DNA of 64,000 nucleotides from Candidatus Omnitrophota bacterium (GTDB lineage Bacteria > Omnitrophota > Gorgyraeia > Duberdicusellales > 4484-171). The position numbers and the translations under genes were made by a program. Below the pieces are notes generated by a model. It saw nothing but the letters and a program-made list of their open reading frames with translations. It made no database searches and was not told the origin of the DNA. This document shows, piece by piece, positions 46,101-53,758 of the stretch (the first letter of the stretch is position 1; each line of letters starts with the position of its first letter). The stretch spans positions 59,446 to 123,445 of the forward strand of contig PMCS01000030.1 in the NCBI GenBank assembly GCA_003154195.1, written 5' to 3'.

Positions 46101-47315
46101 GCGGGAAAGACTGTGACTCAAGCTCCCGCGGCAACAGGCAACGCGAATGTTAAAAAACAAGCAGGAAAAAACGACGATAAAGTAATGAAAAAACTCCACG
46201 ATGAAGAAATGGCCAAACGAGCGAATGCGAAATTACTTTTGGAAACGGCCATCCATGACTATCTGTTGGATCATGGAATGCCCACGGATGATGGAGCAAT
46301 CCAGAAAATAAGGGCAGACAATAAGCTTGAGGGCGATCACAAAATCCCATTTCACAATCCGTACTATATTCGTATTAATGGAACATCAGTTAAGGTACCC
46401 GGAGCAGATTCATTACCTCTATCTCTGGCCACGAAAGCCCCGGCGGCGAAAGCTGCGAGACTTAGTTTTGACCAAGCGATAGAGGGGGATTTGGCTTCCC
46501 CCTCCGGCCCCACCCATGTTGATCGCGGCGTTCGTAAGGCTACTGAAAAGGTTAAAAATGATATAGCCAGCATCAATGGCTACAAGCGGACTCCTGACGG
46601 CCTTTTGACAGATGATGGTAAGCCGGTTCCGCCGGGGAAAAAGCTATTAATGGTACCGCCTTCACTGGGTGACCCTTATTATGAGTCAGCGCTTAAGGAT
46701 TTCCAGGCAAAGGCATACGCTTATCTGCAGCAACATCCTGACGCTTCGATGGACGAAGCGATAGATTATGTCGACCGTACCACCCCGCCTTATCAGGAGA
46801 CTAAGTGGGCATACGCTGGTTCAGAACAGGGGGGTAAAGAAGGACGTAGAGTTCCGCTTGGTAAGCCGGTAACTTTTAGGGATTTAGTAGAGCACAATGG
46901 TATTGTTTGGGATGGCCCGTCGGATAACAACGCCCCCTCCGGTACCGCGACTGGTGATAGCGGTACTCCCGGGGTTGGGCACGGTAACACGCCGGGTGAT
47001 GCGACCGGCATTGGTGGGGGAGTAAAGGCGAAGGTACTAGATTTTCTTCACGAGGCGGGGTTCGGCCGCCAGCTTCCGACAACGCAACAGGTTTTTACTG
47101 GACTTAAGGGAATGAGCAGCAGTTCGCCGGACACTAAAGGCGGTATCGATATGAACACCGCCAAGACGGCGATGAATATCAAAGGCGACGGGAAATTCGC
47201 TTTTGCTTCCTCGGCGCTTAAGGCCGACGGCCAGTCTTGGAAGGGGATTACGTTTACCATCGTGAAGGTAGAAAGGATCACTAACCCCGCGTTATTTTTC
47301 GCCGCGTCGCGATAG
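40194..47315 (+). CDS. Giant secreted/membrane protein 1 (2373 aa). It has a signal peptide, a conserved ~330-aa N-terminal domain of unknown function, coiled-coil and HEAT/PBS-lyase-like repeat regions, one internal TM helix, a Thr/Pro/Gly-rich region and a conserved ~55-aa C-terminal module.
   Basis: AGGAGG RBS 9 nt before the ATG at 40194. Signal peptide KVLISTLAFLFFFSSLGIS. The N-domain is ~80% identical to that of the 47582 gene. HEAT-like repeats include VRIAALKYLGALNNHAALPALNHV and IRIAALEQLVELG. The TM helix is RIGLLAGLAVAVAFGGYAL. The C-terminal module is IDMNTAKTAMNIKGDGKFAFASSALKADGQSWKGITFTIVKVERITNPALFFAASR. Confidence 0.8.
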   Translation: MLNLLNHKKVNGLTKVLISTLAFLFFFSSLGISRALPQAGPGAIMASLPVPGQMVNITPPFTPVLIKGLKLDVNDPFKFNFIVEPGDSRLKDAQLKEEISDLVRYFLTALTVPESDLWVNLSPFENSRVITDELSSTDLGRDLLASDYILKQLVSSLTYPESPLGKKFWDKVYKRAGELYGTTKIPVNTFNKIWIMPESASIYENGNQVIISDIKLKVMLEADYLAMKNTKGQGAGVKGQSENTKKDINDLSGQIMKEVILPVIEQEVNQGKNFAKVRQITYSIILASWFKLKLKDSLVAKAYANKKTMKGVDTSDPALRERIYQQYVSAYKKGVYDYIKKEFEGNSSRQVRRRYYSGGYTISNAVELVSGGVEVTTPQFAQAAARKETVIATALVNEGGVTASPVGIMSSPLARVTELKGKIIPSLERDLAAKMAVHRKQQANIKDEHQRQVGIYARTWATQALLKYDTEISKRANYDGDRVAAAWADLQQAKAAWNVEKELDQRRLELASLELEIRIKKRGSSAVAASPVTPVEDGFTSAIAGFYAMAGQAKPDWRTMRAEVEGKYNTLKAELDRAHEEADRQYKERMTQNNELLQAWSDLEEAVGKVAKELRQVETEMANVAGQEGSQDKVSALRQRLDEIKARYSSILAKKDEADARMVADFNERVNPLRLSLETIEIKLLAAELEFRMVMAGYPNVGIMNGIIQEYETGARTHSTLADYREMIGHESITEEMLKPLAEAIERAKARVADLKAKEGKASDAAQEAPTAPTAPAAPAAPTHEAESTARALETPEVTPTQVTMQSTEMLAAAVNDLADQHRVRSEAMVRAQAKRETLKTELEAARQAADSALGQSDYDTLREAWAQKSREWDEFITQTFNPQVDPYNAGLARLQAARIAADVVAYRGEGRSIGDTDVKMWQALGDKIRATIEYLEDTGERFAEPHNNAPTVEQLKNLDAELALAKSHLSVAYYAQGLTETPAFLNELSQASAENQDRAIKEIVKIAQGKGKVLAEIIRLINRTSGLPENLRPVTTKLLAAIHKEPGSTKDLLGRPRAPKIRAAVIDALDKIPGSDSDAALELIGVGPGGEAVPGGEAAMDVLATRKQLGGRIGSGEPERGDSGMRRLLEEFPPDPDKPTPSDSAKDAAAKLAAAAKAGDASAATAAVLDASMGVDRVAQASKTGTDSERITALDLLFSIATTGQGSRRARWAITDAAVNADSSAAVRIAALKYLGALNNHAALPALNHVINDIAGRSQADRDKAGLAAVSEAARQAIKDINETNAKPNALVRLTNAFKAIYYRLITNSAQSAPAGASTTTSTAKGGGNVVGGGNDDAAAKALAQAKEAAAQALTEAKAKVEPVTADLRDKQHQAEIEATIAARTQREFVELGKQRAAKEKELADAQAAKTAADQAVATLEAPPVKVPGKRAPSAAKRKKDLAQARKNAGYATAEVENRTRGLNDLVSLAVNPAEARAAAAKTAADEAAKLAAEAETQAKAAQTAVDEAQAKVEQLNAPPSQSTGTAAGNKPNLAVDAAKKLADIPPDEPVSVEESLAEAAARILGHGASEIINSDPEVAAVRLLDILKDPDQSADRISVLRLLGEIAMTEIIAKYRPQEAVPASEGGPAVSSAVKVMNVELSSHVGAILNAILATFRQEGDAGIRIAALEQLVELGLSFPPESGGRVPIINAIQSVAKSGKGEDKAVIKAAKQALIDMGVRSKLGRIGLLAGLAVAVAFGGYALQHAMQAPVPGLVPGVGHLPGGPDGGLDVGHHGANLPQLIMPSQMPPDDYKWSLEQNSAGKLFWVAVPDYSKHPDIMTRDQINTLYNPPPGFYRDGSDAGRLNAWLVPMFPIPVQSTAPAGTDTGVQTATGVMAIDAAVQKVAVSAAREALANRDTGKSALDSQAVTPDAGKSDKTAVDGGTTVDVPGAYTTTPVEKEKIPATSPPADNGSNPTGTGAAATTGDAGKTVTQAPAATGNANVKKQAGKNDDKVMKKLHDEEMAKRANAKLLLETAIHDYLLDHGMPTDDGAIQKIRADNKLEGDHKIPFHNPYYIRINGTSVKVPGADSLPLSLATKAPAAKAARLSFDQAIEGDLASPSGPTHVDRGVRKATEKVKNDIASINGYKRTPDGLLTDDGKPVPPGKKLLMVPPSLGDPYYESALKDFQAKAYAYLQQHPDASMDEAIDYVDRTTPPYQETKWAYAGSEQGGKEGRRVPLGKPVTFRDLVEHNGIVWDGPSDNNAPSGTATGDSGTPGVGHGNTPGDATGIGGGVKAKVLDFLHEAGFGRQLPTTQQVFTGLKGMSSSSPDTKGGIDMNTAKTAMNIKGDGKFAFASSALKADGQSWKGITFTIVKVERITNPALFFAASR
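42498..42542 (+). repeat. In-frame 9-bp tandem repeat (x5) encoding APTAPTAPAAPAAPT within giant gene 1
   Basis: gcgccgacc gcgccgacc gcgccggcc gcgccggcc gcgccgacc. Confidence 0.8.
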
Positions 47316-47344
47316 AAAGACCGTAAGGCCGTAGGACGTGGTCC

Positions 47345-47525
47345 GCCAATTCGTGATACGAATCGGCGAGACCTCGCCATCTACGGGATGGCGGGGACGT
47401 CTGCGGCAGCAGCCGCTGGGACGTGGGTGAAGAAAGTCCATAGTCGATAGATTGAAACTGAAAAACGGGAAATACGAGAAACGGAAAGGCAGAAAAAGCG
47501 AAAAAGAAGGAAAAATCTGTATCTT
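47345..47525 (+). repeat. Family-D repeat (copy Y) immediately downstream of giant gene 1
   Basis: See 39440-39625. Its 5' part also matches the reverse complement of 9462-9515. Confidence 0.65.
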
Positions 47526-47535
47526 TTTTACATTG

Positions 47536-47549
47536 CTATAGCAATATTT
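47536..47549 (+). promoter_or_regulatory. Perfect 14-bp palindrome ATTGCTATAGCAAT in the putative promoter of giant gene 2
   Basis: ttttacATTGCTATAGCAATatttttttt lies 33 bp upstream of the ATG at 47582. A GAAGGA RBS sits at 47565-47570. Confidence 0.4.
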
Positions 47550-47581
47550 TTTTTATACATTTTCGAAGGATATTCAAAACT

Positions 47582-50500
47582 ATGCTTACTTTTAATCCAA
47601 AAAAATCAAATGCCGGTAAAGTTTTTTCGTCTTTTATGGCGTTTGTTTTTTTCTTTACCAGCTTAGGCACGGGTAAGGCCTTTTCGGATAACGGGCAATT
47701 AAGCCTTGCGTCTCTGCCTTTACCGGGCCAGATGGTCAATCTCACTCCGGTGTTTACTCCCGCCCTGCTCAAAGGCCTGAAACTTGACGCGAACAATCCG
47801 TTAAGATTCAATTTCATCGTCGAACCGGGCGATACGAAATTCGGCGAAGCGAAACTAAAAGAAGAAGTCTCCGATATGGTCCGCTATTTCCTGGCCGCGC
47901 TGACCATACCCGAATCTGACCTCTGGGTAAACCTTTCTCCGTTCGAAGGCGGCAGGGTAATCACCGATGAATTGTCGTCAACCGATCTGGGCCGCGACAT
48001 GCTGGCTTCCGATTATTTATTGAAACAATTAGTCTCTTCCCTGACCTATCCCGAATCAGCCTTAGGCAAAAAATTCTGGGAAAAAGTGTACAGAAGAGCC
48101 AATGAAGTTTATGGGACGGCTAAGATACCGGTCAACACTTTTAACAAAATATGGATTATGCCGGAGTCGGCATCGATTTTTGAGAACGGGGATAAAGTGG
48201 TAATCTCCGATATCAAACTGAAGGTGATGCTGGAAGCTGATTATTTTGCTATGCAAAATAATCAGGCCAAAGACCAAAAAACTGGAAAACCGAAAAACGA
48301 AAAAACTTTTACCACGGGTAATCAATCTGACGGTAAAGCGGTTAATGATTTATCCGGGCAGATCATGAAAGAAATCATCCTGCCGGTCATCGAGCAGGAA
48401 GTAAACCACGGCCAGAGTTTTGCCAAATTGCGCCAGATCATCTACTCCGTCATTCTGGCCGGTTGGTTTAAATTAAAATTAAAAGACAGTATTGTCAACC
48501 AGACTTACAGCGATAAAAAGAAGATGAAGGGCGTAGATACTTCTGACCCGGCGTTAAAAGAAAAGATATATCAACAATACGTGCAGGCTTATAAGAAAGG
48601 CGTCTATGATTATATCAAGAAAGAATTCGAGGCTAATTCCCATAGACAAGTCCGGCGCCGTTATTTCTCCGGCGGCGTAGAGCTTCTCTACGGGAAGCTT
48701 GTCGGTGATACCCAGCGAGTTCCCCCTGAAGCGTTTGCCGGAAAATTAAGCAGTCCGCTCGAAGCCGAGGCGGCCACGGTTGAGTTAGCGCCGGCTTCGC
48801 TGCCTAATAGTTTCCTGGGCGAGGTGCCTCCGGGCTATGTCAGCCCATGGGTTGACCGGAAAGGTAAAGATGGCCCAATCGATCAGCATTTGCCTACATT
48901 GGCTCAATACGATAATGTCCTAATCGCTATAACGACGGGGCCTGAGGCCGTAGAGGAGATTGTCACGAGAGAAGGCCCGCTTGCGGCGCCCAATTTTGTC
49001 AGGGCGCTCGAGGATAATGCTATGGGAGAATTTAGGAAAGAAATTATTAACGTTCTTGGTAGAATAGGAGATGCGAGCGCAATTGGCAATATCGTCAGGT
49101 TCGGCATTGATTACATTGGTAGAAAAACCCCGGCTGGAGAAGTGCGCGCAGTGCATTTAGCCGCAATCGAGGCGATTAAGAATATAGGTATGCGCTATAT
49201 TTGGAATATTGATCATGCTTTTTGGATGCTTAGCCTTGCGGTGGAGGGAATAGGGGACGCGGAGCTTCACGCAAAAGCGATTGACGCTCTCAGGGAAATG
49301 GCGGCCTTGATGGTTAAGACTAACCCGATAGATGATGAAAAAGCCGTATACGCTTCCAGGCTCGCTTATTACAGGCAATTTTTCCAGAGGCTTCTGAGCA
49401 TGGCTAGGACTAAACCTAATAAAAGAGGTGTAGTCGATTATGGAGTTGTAGACAAGGATGTCCGTATCGTCGCTATTTCTGCTCTCGCGCCTGTAACTGC
49501 AGCCGCTAAAGATAATAGATTTGTTTCTGATCCCGAATATGATGGCTTTCTTTCGGGTGTTCGTTCGGAACTTACGGGTGTGGCTACTGATGAAAAAGAC
49601 AATCCGGAGGTGCGCGCCGCCGCAGTTCGTGCTCTTGGGGTGATGGCTGCTAATAAGCGGTTCCCGATCATGATTTATCATACACTTGAAGATATGTTTA
49701 CAAGAGACAGTCCGGATATGCCGGATATTGTTAGGGCTGCTCTTCGCGAGGTTCTTCCGGCGGTAAGCAAAGACGCCGGTACTGTCGCGGCTTCTCCGGT
49801 TACCGCCCTGAAGCCCGCGGCCGCGGATGAGGCCAGGCCGGGAGAGACAGGGCGAAAGCGGGGAGATGTTTTAAGAGCACTTAGGGCTTCTGAAAGAGAC
49901 CTGGCAACTTTAGAAGCCGCCTTAGAAGCTAAAAGTTGGGCATATCAATTATATACGGCGGGCTTTGATGAAGCCGCCGCAGGAGAGTTAACCGACGCTG
50001 TCAGGGTTAAGAAGCTTCCGCTTACAGGCAGGTATCGGCCCACTGATGATGGGGTCATGTTGATTGTTCATGCCGAGATTGGGGCGATTTCACGCACCGA
50101 AACGGAGCGTCTTGGTAGTTTAGAAAGACAAAGAGAAATCAGGGAGCTTGATGATAAGGTTAAAGCTAAAAGAGCGCAGGTTATTGAGCTCGGATGGGCG
50201 GCGCGTGAGCTTGAGGCAGCTCAGCAGGAGCGCCATGCTGTCGCCCTGAGAAGATTAGAAGAATTAAAGGCTAAATTTCAAAAGGCGGTGTCTGGTTTTA
50301 CAAGCGCTTTAGAAGAAGCTCAAGGGAATGGCCCAGAGGCTGTTGCTGCCGCCAGGGGTGATCTTGATAAGTTGTTGGGAGAAATCCAACTCGCCGGCGA
50401 CGCGATTACGCAAGCGTTGGCTCGTTATAGAGAAGAGGGGATCGATCTTGGCGATGAGGCTCTGGTTGCCGGGACGCGTACTATCGGGGGAAAACCGGCA

Positions 50501-52084
50501 GAGGATACAATCTTGGAAGTGCAAACTATCATCGCTCGGTTGAGAGTAGATATGAGGGAATTATCCGATGCCCACAATCAGGCAGTGCAAGAAACCATCG
50601 AGCGATTAAGAGGGGATACAAGGGAGTTAGCTTTAGTATCGCTCGGGGAGTTTCTGTCCGACCGCGATACGGGACTTATAAGGTCGGGGGCTTCAAAGAA
50701 TTCCAGCGTCGGGCGAGGTAATTGGTTATGGAATTTGTTGAGGAGCAGGTTTACATACGCGGTTCTGATAGGAGGCGTGTTGGGTGGCCTTGCCGCGTTT
50801 CCTGTAGCCAGGTCTACTAATGCGGTCAAGCTCGATGTTTCTCTTAAGATTAAAGGAGGATTGACGGAGGCCGTGGCGCCGGCGTCGAAGCCGGAGCCAG
50901 GGTACGTAGGCTTTTTTCAGCTTCCAGAGCAGCCTAGCCCGTGGACGAGGACGATAGTAGTAAAAGCAAAGAAAGGCGATACTGTAGATGGACTATTAGG
51001 TAAGTATAACCCGGAATGGCCTGAACTTTCTCATGAAATGAGGATGGGCGGGCGAGAAGCTTTACGTGATTTTAATCCAGGAGTAGGGCCGGCATATCTT
51101 ATAATAGAAGGCAAGCGTTATAGAATACCTGCATATGTCAGTTCCGCGGTAGCCGAAGCGGCACAGGCGCGCGATAGAGATGGTTTGCAGGGGGAACTTA
51201 AAAGGGTTCAGGCAGAGCTTGAGCTTGCCTTACTGAAGCAGCGCGGCCTTAGAGGGGAAGCTGTCAAAACAAATCAGAGGCATGTCGCGGCGCTTGAGCG
51301 GAGGAGGGAAGCTATTGAGGCATCGTTAGTGGAGATAACGCTGGATGAGGCATTTAAGGGATTGCTTGATTTAGAACAATACGAGTCTAACTTAGCTAAA
51401 GGAAACGAGCAAGTCGGGGTGTCTTCAAAAGACCTCGCCGGTTCATTACCGGATTTAGGTAAGCAATATGATATCTTTGTCAGATGGCTTGTGTCTGAGT
51501 ACGATAGGATAGGGGGGGTAAAGATATTTCCAATACCAGCTTCAAAGGTGGAGCACTTAACTGCTATACTCAGCAGTCTTAATGATGGGCTGGAATCTGC
51601 CCAAGTATGGCAGAAAGAGATCTCTGGAATTTTGTCAAGATACGAGAGATTGCTCGGCGAGCCGCTTTTTACAGTAGATTATGAATTAGACAGATTACGG
51701 CCGGTTGTGGAATCAGCGCCAAAAACCAATGAACTTTATACTAAATTGATTGCGGATATTAATGAGTTGATAGCAAGGGCCAGCAGGGATCTTGCAGTAG
51801 CGAGAGAAGAAGCAAGGGCCGCGTCGCATCATCAAACAGTAACCGGTAGAGTTGTTGAGAAGCGTGCCAGCGCGAGTCCTGTCGGCGCGAGTTCTAACGC
51901 ACCCGTCGGCGGTATTGATTTAAACACTGCGAAAACAGCGATAAAGATCAAAGGCGACGGCAATTTCGCTTTTGCTTCCTCGGCGCTTAAGGCCGATGCG
52001 TCGGGGTTATTGGGATATACGTTTACCATCGTGAAACTGGAAAAGATCGCTGATCCCACCGCGTTCTTCGCCTCCGCCAAATAA
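47582..52084 (+). CDS. Giant secreted/membrane protein 2 (1500 aa), paralog of 40194-47315. It has a signal peptide, the conserved N-domain, HEAT-like repeats, coiled coil, an internal TM helix, a LysM-like segment and the conserved C-terminal module.
   Basis: Signal peptide FSSFMAFVFFFTSLGTG. N-domain SLPLPGQMVNLTP...YFSGG. HEAT-like repeats include PEVRAAAVRALGVMAANK. TM helix FTYAVLIGGVLGGLAAFPV. LysM-like KKGDTVDGLLGKY...AYLIIEGKRYRIP. C-terminal module IDLNTAKTAIKIKGDGNFAFASSALKADASGLLGYTFTIVKLEKIADPTAFFASAK. Confidence 0.8.
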   Translation: MLTFNPKKSNAGKVFSSFMAFVFFFTSLGTGKAFSDNGQLSLASLPLPGQMVNLTPVFTPALLKGLKLDANNPLRFNFIVEPGDTKFGEAKLKEEVSDMVRYFLAALTIPESDLWVNLSPFEGGRVITDELSSTDLGRDMLASDYLLKQLVSSLTYPESALGKKFWEKVYRRANEVYGTAKIPVNTFNKIWIMPESASIFENGDKVVISDIKLKVMLEADYFAMQNNQAKDQKTGKPKNEKTFTTGNQSDGKAVNDLSGQIMKEIILPVIEQEVNHGQSFAKLRQIIYSVILAGWFKLKLKDSIVNQTYSDKKKMKGVDTSDPALKEKIYQQYVQAYKKGVYDYIKKEFEANSHRQVRRRYFSGGVELLYGKLVGDTQRVPPEAFAGKLSSPLEAEAATVELAPASLPNSFLGEVPPGYVSPWVDRKGKDGPIDQHLPTLAQYDNVLIAITTGPEAVEEIVTREGPLAAPNFVRALEDNAMGEFRKEIINVLGRIGDASAIGNIVRFGIDYIGRKTPAGEVRAVHLAAIEAIKNIGMRYIWNIDHAFWMLSLAVEGIGDAELHAKAIDALREMAALMVKTNPIDDEKAVYASRLAYYRQFFQRLLSMARTKPNKRGVVDYGVVDKDVRIVAISALAPVTAAAKDNRFVSDPEYDGFLSGVRSELTGVATDEKDNPEVRAAAVRALGVMAANKRFPIMIYHTLEDMFTRDSPDMPDIVRAALREVLPAVSKDAGTVAASPVTALKPAAADEARPGETGRKRGDVLRALRASERDLATLEAALEAKSWAYQLYTAGFDEAAAGELTDAVRVKKLPLTGRYRPTDDGVMLIVHAEIGAISRTETERLGSLERQREIRELDDKVKAKRAQVIELGWAARELEAAQQERHAVALRRLEELKAKFQKAVSGFTSALEEAQGNGPEAVAAARGDLDKLLGEIQLAGDAITQALARYREEGIDLGDEALVAGTRTIGGKPAEDTILEVQTIIARLRVDMRELSDAHNQAVQETIERLRGDTRELALVSLGEFLSDRDTGLIRSGASKNSSVGRGNWLWNLLRSRFTYAVLIGGVLGGLAAFPVARSTNAVKLDVSLKIKGGLTEAVAPASKPEPGYVGFFQLPEQPSPWTRTIVVKAKKGDTVDGLLGKYNPEWPELSHEMRMGGREALRDFNPGVGPAYLIIEGKRYRIPAYVSSAVAEAAQARDRDGLQGELKRVQAELELALLKQRGLRGEAVKTNQRHVAALERRREAIEASLVEITLDEAFKGLLDLEQYESNLAKGNEQVGVSSKDLAGSLPDLGKQYDIFVRWLVSEYDRIGGVKIFPIPASKVEHLTAILSSLNDGLESAQVWQKEISGILSRYERLLGEPLFTVDYELDRLRPVVESAPKTNELYTKLIADINELIARASRDLAVAREEARAASHHQTVTGRVVEKRASASPVGASSNAPVGGIDLNTAKTAIKIKGDGNFAFASSALKADASGLLGYTFTIVKLEKIADPTAFFASAK

Positions 52085-52127
52085 ATTTTTTACGGCGTAA
52101 AAAATTTATTTGATATACAATCCACAT

Positions 52128-52185
52128 AGAATACCAATCTTATTCTGGTTTTTTCAATCTGATTAATCTGTGGACAGTATTTTTT
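52128..52185. repeat. Repeat family H (copy 2)
   Basis: ttctggttttttcaatctgattaatctGTGGACAGTATTTTTTTTGGTT resembles 28775-28835. Confidence 0.4.
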
Positions 52186-53521
52186 TTGGTTTTATTTTAA
52201 TCCTTTTTTCTTCATTCTCTCCCTCAAATCTTCTATTCAGTTCCCGCAAATAATTTTTTATCTCCCAAAATTCCCGTAGTCTGTTTTCGCTGAACGCCCC
52301 GAATACCGAATTGTTCTGTAAGAGCGGTTCGCTGAATTTATCGCGATAGGCTTCGAACATTCGCGTGCCGGGAGTGGGCGAAAATTCGGCAAAGGAAGCT
52401 TTAGCGCCCAGGCGATGGAGGAAATCTACGTCGGTTTTCAGGGTTTCCAGATTTTGTCCCGGATAACCCAGAAGCAGATAGGCGCTGAATTCTCCGGGCT
52501 CAAACCCGCCTTTTTTTAACAGTTCAGCGCCGTGGATAACATCCTGGCGGTTGACTTTATCGCCCCATTGTTTTTCTAAATCAGGGTCAAGGGTTTCCAA
52601 CCCGAAATGGGGATTGATAAAACCGGTTGCTTTAAGCAGGGCGGCTAGTTCCTCGTCTAAATAACGCAGGTGCAGGGCATTGGGGGTGTGGAAGCGCAGG
52701 CCAAGATTCAAGGCGGCGATCTCTCTTAAAAAGTTTTTCGCGTATTCCGGCTCGCAAAGGAAAGCATCATCATACAGGACGAAGTCTTTTATGTTTTTCC
52801 CGGCGTATTTTTTTATGAACTCGATTATTTTTCCCGGCGCCAGCCGGAAAAAATAGGGGGATAACTTTTTTACGGCGCAATAACTGCAGTCAAAGGGGCA
52901 GCCCCAGGAGGTACGAAAAACCGCGTAATCCAGCCGGGGGTAAAAGTTTTCGTAATCAGGCAGGGCCGCGTATAATTCGCCATAGTCAACTTTAATCCCC
53001 AGCAGTTTAAAAAAATCATCCAATTGCCCATTGGCAAAAATGTAATCGGCGGGGATATTTTTTTTGGCGTGTTCATAGCATAGTGTCGCGTAGGTACCGC
53101 CTACGATTATCGGAGTTTCAGGAAAATGCTTTTTTAGTATTTTTATCGCTTCGATTATTCCCGGATACCAGTAGGTCATCGAAGAAGTTATCAGGATGTA
53201 GTCGAGGTTTTTATTAAAAAAAAGGTGTCTGTCCCCTTTATTAGAGGGAAGTTTTGCTTCGAATTCATCGGGGGTAAGGCCGTAGCGTTTGTAATAGCGG
53301 GGGATATTGGCGAAAATCTCAGGTTTTTTGATGATTTCCGAATGGTATTTCCCCCGGCCGAAATCGGCGTACGTTTCTTTTTTTTCCAGGCAGTCGAGAT
53401 AATGGATATCCGCGCCTTGGCTTTTAAGGTATTCCAGGATCACCAGGAACCCGTAGGGTTTCAGCCAGAAATCATAAGCGGCGAAATCGTAAATCCAGGG
53501 GTTTATGGCCAGAACGTGCAT
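52163..53521 (-). CDS. Cobalamin-binding radical SAM enzyme (class B)
   Basis: N-terminal B12-binding-like domain (VLAINPW...LVILEYLKSQGADIHYLD). Cluster motif GCPFDCSYCAV (CX3CX2C). Confidence 0.75.
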   Translation of the reverse strand: MHVLAINPWIYDFAAYDFWLKPYGFLVILEYLKSQGADIHYLDCLEKKETYADFGRGKYHSEIIKKPEIFANIPRYYKRYGLTPDEFEAKLPSNKGDRHLFFNKNLDYILITSSMTYWYPGIIEAIKILKKHFPETPIIVGGTYATLCYEHAKKNIPADYIFANGQLDDFFKLLGIKVDYGELYAALPDYENFYPRLDYAVFRTSWGCPFDCSYCAVKKLSPYFFRLAPGKIIEFIKKYAGKNIKDFVLYDDAFLCEPEYAKNFLREIAALNLGLRFHTPNALHLRYLDEELAALLKATGFINPHFGLETLDPDLEKQWGDKVNRQDVIHGAELLKKGGFEPGEFSAYLLLGYPGQNLETLKTDVDFLHRLGAKASFAEFSPTPGTRMFEAYRDKFSEPLLQNNSVFGAFSENRLREFWEIKNYLRELNRRFEGENEEKRIKIKPKKILSTD

Positions 53522-53559
53522 ATGGTCAGACCACAGATATCGGGCTAAAAACAGAAATT

Positions 53560-53758
53560 AATAAAACTAAAAAATAAAACAATTTTTAACCACGAGATTT
53601 AATTCAATAAAAACTTACACTGTATTCGAATAAAAAAAATTTTCAACCACAAGATTGCACTGATTACACTGAAAAATACAAATTCCGATAATGTAAAATA
53701 ATTACAAAATTAATCTGGAAATCAGTGAAATCTGTGTAATCATGTGGTTACAGTTTTA
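53560..53758. promoter_or_regulatory. AT-rich upstream region of the minus-strand radical-SAM gene, with direct and inverted AACCACRAGATT repeats
   Basis: tttttAACCACGAGATTtaa (53584), ttttcAACCACAAGATTgca (53645), and the inverted copy atcATGTGGTTa (53740). Confidence 0.35.

Noticed and set aside
43181-46576. Numerous minus-strand ORFs (60-200 aa) inside giant gene 1, and similar ones inside giant gene 2
   Set aside because: They are artefacts of the GC- and Ala-rich composition of the plus-strand coding sequence. They are low-complexity Ala/Ser/Pro/Arg strings with no starts in good context.
53225-53548. 107-aa plus-strand ORF
   Set aside because: It is antisense to the well-supported radical-SAM gene 52163-53521.
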